DNA from: Eledone cirrhosa
Taxonomy: Eukaryota
DNA length: 64,000 nucleotides
Assembly (NCBI GenBank): GCA_964016885.1
Contig: OZ024741.1
Coordinates: 330,460,001-330,524,000, forward strand
Direction: 5' to 3'
Positions 55,350 to 64,000 of the stretch are shown piece by piece. The translations under genes were made by a program, and so were the position numbers. Below the pieces are notes generated by a model. The model worked only from the letters and a program-made list of their open reading frames with translations. It made no database searches and was not told the DNA's origin. Numbering within the stretch: the stretch's first letter is position 1; each line of letters starts with the position of its first letter.

Positions 55350-58300
55350 CAATATAAACAGTCTTATAAATAGATAGATTCGACATACCTTTCAACTTCG
55401 ACTTCTATTTGAAAAGTTGATTTGGTAGTGAAAAAAATATTAGGGACAGTTATAAAAAGAAAGAAAGAAAAACGAAGAAAAAGAAGAAATGCATGCAACT
55501 AAATAGAGAGAGATAGATATAGAGAGATATATAGAAAGAAGAAATTCATGTAAAGAAACAGAGAGAGATATATAGAGAGAGGAAAAAAACACAGAGGGAG
55601 ATAGATAGAGAGAGAGAGAGAGAAGAGAGGAGAGAGAGAGAGAGAGATAGAGAGAAAATATAGAGAGATAGATATAGATAGAGATAGAGAGAAAGAAAAT
55701 AGGTAGTTGGGCACCAGTTGAATGACGTATCAATGATATATTTATTTATTTATTTATTTATTTAGCTCTAGTATTAATGTAGAGAGAGATATATGTGGTT
55801 AAGAGAGAAAACAGCCGTTACATAGAGAGAAAAGGAAAAATATCCAGACATAAACGAGGCAGATTTAAAACACTATGTTTCATCAATGTAAAAAATATCA
55901 ATTCGTATAAAACAGGCATTATAATGTAAATATCAGTATTCATGAATGAGACACGTATCAATAATGTGTGAAAAATAATGATCATATGTCTAGTTTAAAA
56001 TTCCTAGGTTTATATTAGAGTTGAGATAAAATAGAAGGTTATCCCAGATTTTATACTATATACATCCATGTGAATTTACGTGATCAGCTCTGCAAATTCC
56101 TATTTCACACGAAAACATTCTCATTGTGCTATAAAAATTCTAGTATACATATATGTGTACATACACACAAATATATATAGAGTCTACATTAATTTTAACA
56201 ATACTATTCATGTCTTTACTCTACATGATTATCGTTCAAGCATAAATAGAGAACAGATATCAATATATCGATAAAAATATCAGAAACAAAAATTAAATAA
56301 AAAACAAAAAATCAAAAAAATCAAAAAAATATTAAAAATAAAATAAAAATATTAAAAATATTAAAAATATTAAAATAAAAATAAAACATAGTATGCCCTG
56401 CAAATCAACCACAGAGATCAACCCTTCAAAGTTAATTGACAATATATTGCCAAGTTCGTTATAAGCATCAGAATCAAAAGCAAACAAAACCAAAAATTAT
56501 TTACCAAATCCTGTCTAGCAGAAAACATTCCAAAAGTTTAGGATACCCATTTGATCTACAGATGGTCTTATATTTAATATAGAGGTTTATCTAGTGTAAA
56601 ATTTATTCGATATATTTGGAGCATCAGCTTTTAGGGTAGTTTAATTATTCATGAAGAATGTTTAAAATAAAAAGGAATCGAAAGATTTATCGGCGAGTTT
56701 CATAAATAATTATAAATCAAATTAAATATACTACATTTTAAATTTATATTTATATTTAAAAGTTGAGTTCAATCTATGTCTGCAGCAACTGAATAAATTT
56801 GTCCGTAAATTAAGGGAATTTTTAGATTTTAGTATAAAGAATATCTCCTCCGCGCAGAGGTCACATGTCTCAGAGGATGAATTAAAAGGAATCCCTCTTG
56901 AGACTATATTCCAAGCCGTTGAATATCCAACGTTATCATGCCTAAGTTGCCAGAGAAAGCCTAATAGTGATGTTGAGGATTTTTTGCTTGGATCTGTGAA
57001 AGAATTCTTGTGGTTATTATAGGGAAGTTTAAATTCTGTCGAGGTGGAACCAACATAGTTAAAAGAATTTAAGTCCGTTTTAACATTACAGTTGTATATT
57101 ATATTTTTAACTAAGCAATTGTTATTTAACGGACATTTAGATGTATCTCTACAGTTACATTTGTTAACTTGGATATTATTTATGCTATTATCGGTATTTT
57201 GGCTAGGTTTTAAATTCCTATTATTTATTCTATTAATATTTTGTGCTAAATTTTTGGTGGATGAGTAGGTTAATTTTATAGTATGTCTATTGAAAATTGA
57301 GTGATACCTATGTGTTCTAGGGAAGCGATTATCAAGAGCATTAAAAAATAGTTTAGCGATGTGGGTTTTGATGTTTAGTGAGAAAGGGGGGGGGGGGGGC
57401 AAACCATATTATATTCCTAGTTCTATTCCTTTTTTGGCTTTTGGAATTATTGTAATGCTTTCTATTATAGTTGTTAAAGTTGTTGCCGTAATTAAATTTG
57501 TTGTTATTTTGGTTAGTTTGTCTATTATTATCTATGTACATAATTTTATCACTATATCCTGCTCTAGCTAACGCTTCATTGTAATACTGGGCTTTTTCGT
57601 CGAAAATCTTTTTATTAGATGAGATTCTAGAGATACGATTTTGAACAGAGTTTACTATAGTATTTTTAACAGATCTGGGGTGGTTAGAGTTAAAGCTGAC
57701 ATAGTTTAAGTTTTCATTCAACTTGTGAAATGGATAGTGAAGACATGTGTTGAGATTTAATGTTACATCTAGGAAATTGACTATTCTATGGTTATTCTCA
57801 ATTTCTATTTTTAGATTAAAGTAATTAAAAAATTGTGTAATTTGTTTTCTTTTTCTATTTAGTTCAGAGTTATTATTTTCAATAAGTAAAAGCATGTCAT
57901 CTCTATATAAACCTCCGGTAGCACCGGGTATTTTCCTATGCAGCGAATTGATTAAAAATAGGCCCACAATGTCAGTTACCTGAGCTGAGTCGGATGATCC
58001 CATAGTAATGTCAAAATTGTTATCTCTATCTGCTCTGGTGCATAGTTGGTCATTAAATTCTATCAATGTTTTCCTAGCCGATAATATAATGTGCATTTCA
58101 TTGCTAGTTAGGTCTGTATGTTTGAATGCGTAATTTAGTGCCTTATTTAGTAGATTAGGGGTAATAGATGAATAAAAGTTAGCGATATCTAGTTGAATAA
58201 ACTTATTATTATTGTTATATTTAATTTCTTTAAACCACTCAACAACCTCTCCAGTTCCCTTCCACAAGCTCAAGTTAGGTACACAATTCAAGTTTTTAAT

Positions 58301-58848
58301 TTGCTGTATCACCCTGTCTAGAATGTTTTTGCTTAGTTTACCCAGGTCCGATTTTGATGGTGCAATCAATCTGACTGGCAGGTCATTTTCAAAATTACTT
58401 TTGTGATCTTTCATATTGATCTTCGGTTTCCTGGGCACGAAAGGTTGTGTTCTGTTCTCAATTTCCAACTCATGCATTATACAAGATGCTTCAACATTCA
58501 TTTTCTCAAGCTCGGCCTTATCTGCTACCTTGTACTTTTTCCTCAGTTCTTTCAGTATGAGGCCATTATACATGTCTTTTTGCACTCGATAGAGGTTGTT
58601 GGTCTTGTCAGATTTCACCAAGATCTTCTCAGTTTTCTCTAAGCTCTCAATATTATCCTTAATGCCTTTCAGATATTCCTGGCCTTTGAAGTTTCTCTTG
58701 AATTTGACTCCTTGTATGATAGAAATTATATCGTTTTCAAAGTCAAATAAAAGTTTGTTGGCGGGTGGATTTCTTTTAGATTTGAAAACTTTGTCTAAGT
58801 CCGAGACATTTTCATTTAGTTCATTTATTTATAAGACTGTTTATATTG

Positions 58849-58914
58849 TATTTTGTCTGAAGAAGGCATAACATATTTTTAATATGATATCCCTGAAATA
58901 TATATAATGAAATA
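58849..58914 (+). ncRNA. Hammerhead in the inverted terminal repeat
   Basis: TATTTTGT-CTGAAGA-AGG..CCT-GAAA-TATATA-TA-ATGAAATA. Confidence 0.75.
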
Positions 58915-59779
58915 AATATGGTTTTATAAATATAGTTTCCATTTATTTAATATCGTATATATATATATATTTATGCATGTATATGTGTATATGTATATGT
59001 ATATGTATATATATATATACCCATGTGGAGGTATGAGTAAATATTCGTGTGTGTACGTATGTGTATGTGTGTTTTTATATGTGTCTCTATATGTTTTTGT
59101 GTATGTATTTGTACATGGGTGTGTGATTGATGGTGTGTGCCTATATATTCCTACATATGCCCTTGTGTGTATGTACGTATATGCGCACATATGTGTCTGT
59201 TGAACAAAGGACTAACTTTGGGATGGACGAAGAAAAATTCTTCAGGAAAAAAAGAAAAAAATAATTATTCACAAACTTGACAGGTGCGATTTGCCTGTGA
59301 CCATTCTCAACACAAAAGCAATACTAAAAGCTTTTTCCCCTGAATAAAGGAATTTTTAGAGAATGACCAGGGCAGGCCGCACTTGTTACATTTCTCCCCA
59401 CCCAACCCTACTCACCGTCTCAACTCATTACTGCTATGAACACTTTTTCAACACACCTACACCCATGCACTTATTAAAGGGGGAGAAAAGAAACCCCTAC
59501 CACACCACAGACATGTTAAATCCCTATATATAGAACAACACACCACATACACATCAGTTTGACAAGCGCACCTCAGCGTGAAAGGTCTTTCTAAAAACGA
59601 AACAATACCTCCTACGTTAACCAAGAACTCCTAAGACCTAACCAACAACCAACAACTTAATTTATAAAATAAATTTTTTTTAAGAAAAATTCTTTTTGAT
59701 TTTGTGAAGAAAATAAATTTGTTGAAAGCACAAGTGAAGCCATTTTTTCTTCCCCGCTGTCTTAATATATATATATATG

Positions 59780-59813
<34 letters not shown>

Positions 59814-59831
59814 TGTATTTACATATATATG

Positions 59832-59865
<34 letters not shown>

Positions 59866-60038
59866 GCGAGGGAAAAGTGGTAAGGAACCAGGTGGACCAT
59901 AACGCACCAAAGTACTCAATACTTAGGGTAGTAGAGTGGGTAATAGGAGTAAGTAAGACCCTGACGGCTGAGCTCAGTACAGAATTAGCCGTCGAAACGG
60001 CTTGAGCTCAGCCGTCGGGGTCTTACTTACTCCTATTA
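59866..60038. repeat. Fold-back copy of the 6637-6772 repeat
   Basis: Minus-strand copy at 59866-59976, then a plus-strand copy at 59983-60038. Confidence 0.85.
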
Positions 60039-61356
<1,318 letters not shown>

Positions 61357-61357
<1 letters not shown>

Positions 61358-63171
61358 GGCACTCTTCAAGACAATGCTAAAACCATGGGTGAGATACTGC
61401 AGAAACAATACTGCTCTGTTTTCAGCAATCCTGATATGGCCGATCTGGGCTGTATCGGCGATGTTACTCCCCATTACACCTTATCGGACATAACGTTTGG
61501 CGCCCCTGATGTCTTGGCGGCAATAAAGGAAATCAAGCATAATTCAGCAGTAGGTCCCGATAGGTTCCCTGCTTGTGTCCTGAAGGCGTGTCAACACCAA
61601 CTTGCTTCTCCTCTTGCCAATCTGTGGCGGAACTCACTGGATGCTGGATATGTGCCAGAAAACCTTCTATCCCAGTCTGTTGTCCCAGTTTTCAAAAAGG
61701 GAAACAAATCCCTTGCCGTGAATTACCGTCCAATCTCACTCACCTCTCATATCATTAAGGTATTTGAGCGAGTGGTGAGATCGCGAATGACCCACTTCCT
61801 TGAGAGTAACAATATGCTGAACTCCAACCAGCATGGATTCCGTAATGGAAGGGATTGCCTGACGCAACTACTGCATCACTTTGATGACATTTTGAGAGCC
61901 TTGGGAGAGGGTTCCAACACTGATGTTATCTACCTTGATTTCAGCAAGGCCTTTGACAGGGTTGATCATAACATTCTACTGAGAAAGCTGTCCAATATTG
62001 GTGTCACTGGAAAGCTGCTGCAGTGGATCAAGAGCTTCCTGTCAAACAGAACCCAACATGTTGTAGTTGAGGGAGTCAAATCAAGCCCAGCCAAAGTCAG
62101 TAGTGGAGTCCCACAAGGCACTGTGTTGGGCCCACTTCTCTTCATCATCTATATTAATGACATCACTGACATCATCAAACACAGCAACATTAAAATTTTC
62201 GCTGATGATTCCAAGCTCCAAAAGGTCATCAATGGCGTGGATGACCGGATAAGCCTTCAGTCAGACCTACTGGCTGTTACCCAATGGGCAGAAAAGAACA
62301 ACATGTTACTGAACGAGGACAAATTCGAACTGATCCACTTTGGAAAAGAGGATGCTCTGAAACTCCCGTACTCCCTTCCCTCCGGGGAAACTCTCGTGGC
62401 ATCTAACAACATCAGAGACTTGGGAGTAACCGTGGACAGCAACATAAGCTGGACCACGCATATAAGCAGCAAAGTTGACATGGCCCGCAGAATGTGTTCC
62501 TGGATCCTCAGAACCTTCCAGTCGAGAGATTCCCGCACCATTATCCTTCTCTTCTCTACTTTCGCCCGACCACACCTTGAATACTGTTGTCCACTGTGGT
62601 CTCCCCACACGAAACAAAGTATCATGAAACTTGAAGCTCCTCAAAGGGCAATCACGAAAAAGATAGATGGCATGTCAGACCTTGACTACTGGGGTCGATT
62701 AGAAAACCTGAAACTTTACTCACTCCAACGTCGCCGTGAGCGTTATATTATCTGCATGATGTGGAAAATGTTCCATCATCACTGCCCAAATGATGTTGGC
62801 ATCGCCTTCAAGATACACCAAAGGCTTGGGCCCCGTGCTATCCGTCCCATTCAAAAATCTAAATCGCAACTCATAACAACAATACGGCACAATTATTTCA
62901 CCTCAATCGGCCCTGCTCTCTTCAACATCACACCAGGACACGTCAAAACAGAAACTGACCACTCAAAATTCAAGAAGTCTTTGGACAAATTCCTCCAAGT
63001 AATCCCGGACAAACCACCCACACCCGGATATGTCTCCGCAAACAGTAATTCTCTTCTCGAATGGGCCATGGTGCCCAAATCCTGAATTGAAAGACTTCGC
63101 CAGGTGGTGCTATTAAGTTAGACATGGCCTGGGCCAATACTGGCCAAAACATTTCAAAGTTATTCAAAGTT
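61357..63171 (+). mobile_element. 5'-truncated CR1/L2-group LINE with uninterrupted RT frame to 63085
   Basis: [30 protein letters not shown] and [10 protein letters not shown] motifs. 3' stem-loop GGCCA(ATAC)TGGCC and a TTCAAAGTTA tandem tail. Confidence 0.95.
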
Positions 63172-63320
63172 ATATATATATGTATATATATATGTATATA
63201 TTTATGAACATATATATGTATATGTATATATATGTATATATATATATATATATATATGTATATGTATATATATGTATATGTATATATATGTATATGTATA
63301 TATATATAGATGTATATGTA

Positions 63321-63351
<31 letters not shown>

Positions 63352-63459
63352 ATATATATATATGTATATATATATGTATATGAATATATATATGTATATA
63401 TATGTATATGAATATATATATGTATATATATGTATATATATATGTATATGTATATATAT

Positions 63460-63520
63460 ATCATCATCATCATCATCACCGTTTTACGTCCGTTCTTCCA
63501 CGCTAGCATGGGTTAGACGG
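63460..63520 (-). mobile_element. RTE family-B tail remnant
   Basis: (CAT)n-CACCGTTTTACGTCCGTTCTTCCACGCTAGCATGGG. Confidence 0.85.
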
Positions 63521-63526
63521 TATATA

Positions 63527-63573
<47 letters not shown>

Positions 63574-63606
63574 ATATATGTATATATATATGTATATGTA
63601 TATATT

Positions 63607-64000
63607 ATGTCAGGTCACCAGTTGGTGCTACTGGTAACATGTATCCCAGTACAACCTGTCTCATGGTCGGGTCGTTGGCGACTAAACTGGCAACCCCACC
63701 AAGGTTTCTTGGTGAGGAGGGTGACTTTGGACATCCCGCAGGACTAAAAACAAAACCTGTCAAAGGGCAAAGGAGCTCTTAAGAGTCAATGGCCATCCAA
63801 AATCACTGGGAGAGATGACCCCTTAGCCTTTGTCAAGGCAGAATTCTAGGAGAAGGAAAACTCTGATATAACACCTGCAACCCTGATGGTATCCAATGAT
63901 GTTGACTTGTTCTTCTTTTTGGTAAATATCATCTTGGTTAAGAGAGTGGGACTGGCTTTGTGCAGTGCCTTTGCTCACTATAAAAGCTTCACGGCACAGG
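63607..64000 (+). mobile_element. 5' end of an RTE-type element, running out of the window
   Basis: Shares 63779-64000 with the 22560 copy; RTE-type 5'UTR motifs. Confidence 0.65.

Larger units (their letters stand above)
55180..58957 (-). mobile_element. Naiad-type PLE (second family) with 3' terminal repeat and inverted 5' copy
   Basis: RT at 57353-58800 (LDIANFY, MGS, LYRDD) and GIY-YIG at 56731-57402, frameshifted at a poly-G/C run. Inverted repeats at 55227-55372 and 58826-58957. Confidence 0.92.

Noticed and set aside
55440-55733. Ser/Leu-rich ORFs
   Set aside because: Translation of a (GA)n tract in the PLE 3'UTR.

Overview
Eukaryotic, AT-microsatellite-saturated genomic DNA with no recognisable host protein-coding gene. 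The tRNA-derived CORE-type SINEs, RTE LINEs with (GAT)n tails and (TA)n scaffold suggest a cephalopod, probably Octopus (inference). The window is a patchwork of retroelements set in (TA)n tracts: four RTE LINE families, two CR1/L2-group LINEs, Penelope-like elements (PLEs; Naiad-type plus other RT-GIY-YIG types) and SINEs sharing RTE tails. All Tyr/Ile-rich ORFs are microsatellite artefacts. The main hidden signal is RNA-level. By eye I find roughly two dozen type I hammerhead ribozyme (HHR) motifs from many unrelated families, including U3-A8 and U4C core variants. Two divergent ~466/467-bp tandem repeats look like retrozymes: they share an HHR with compensatory base changes and an inverted pair of octamer motifs. 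All folds were read manually, not computed.
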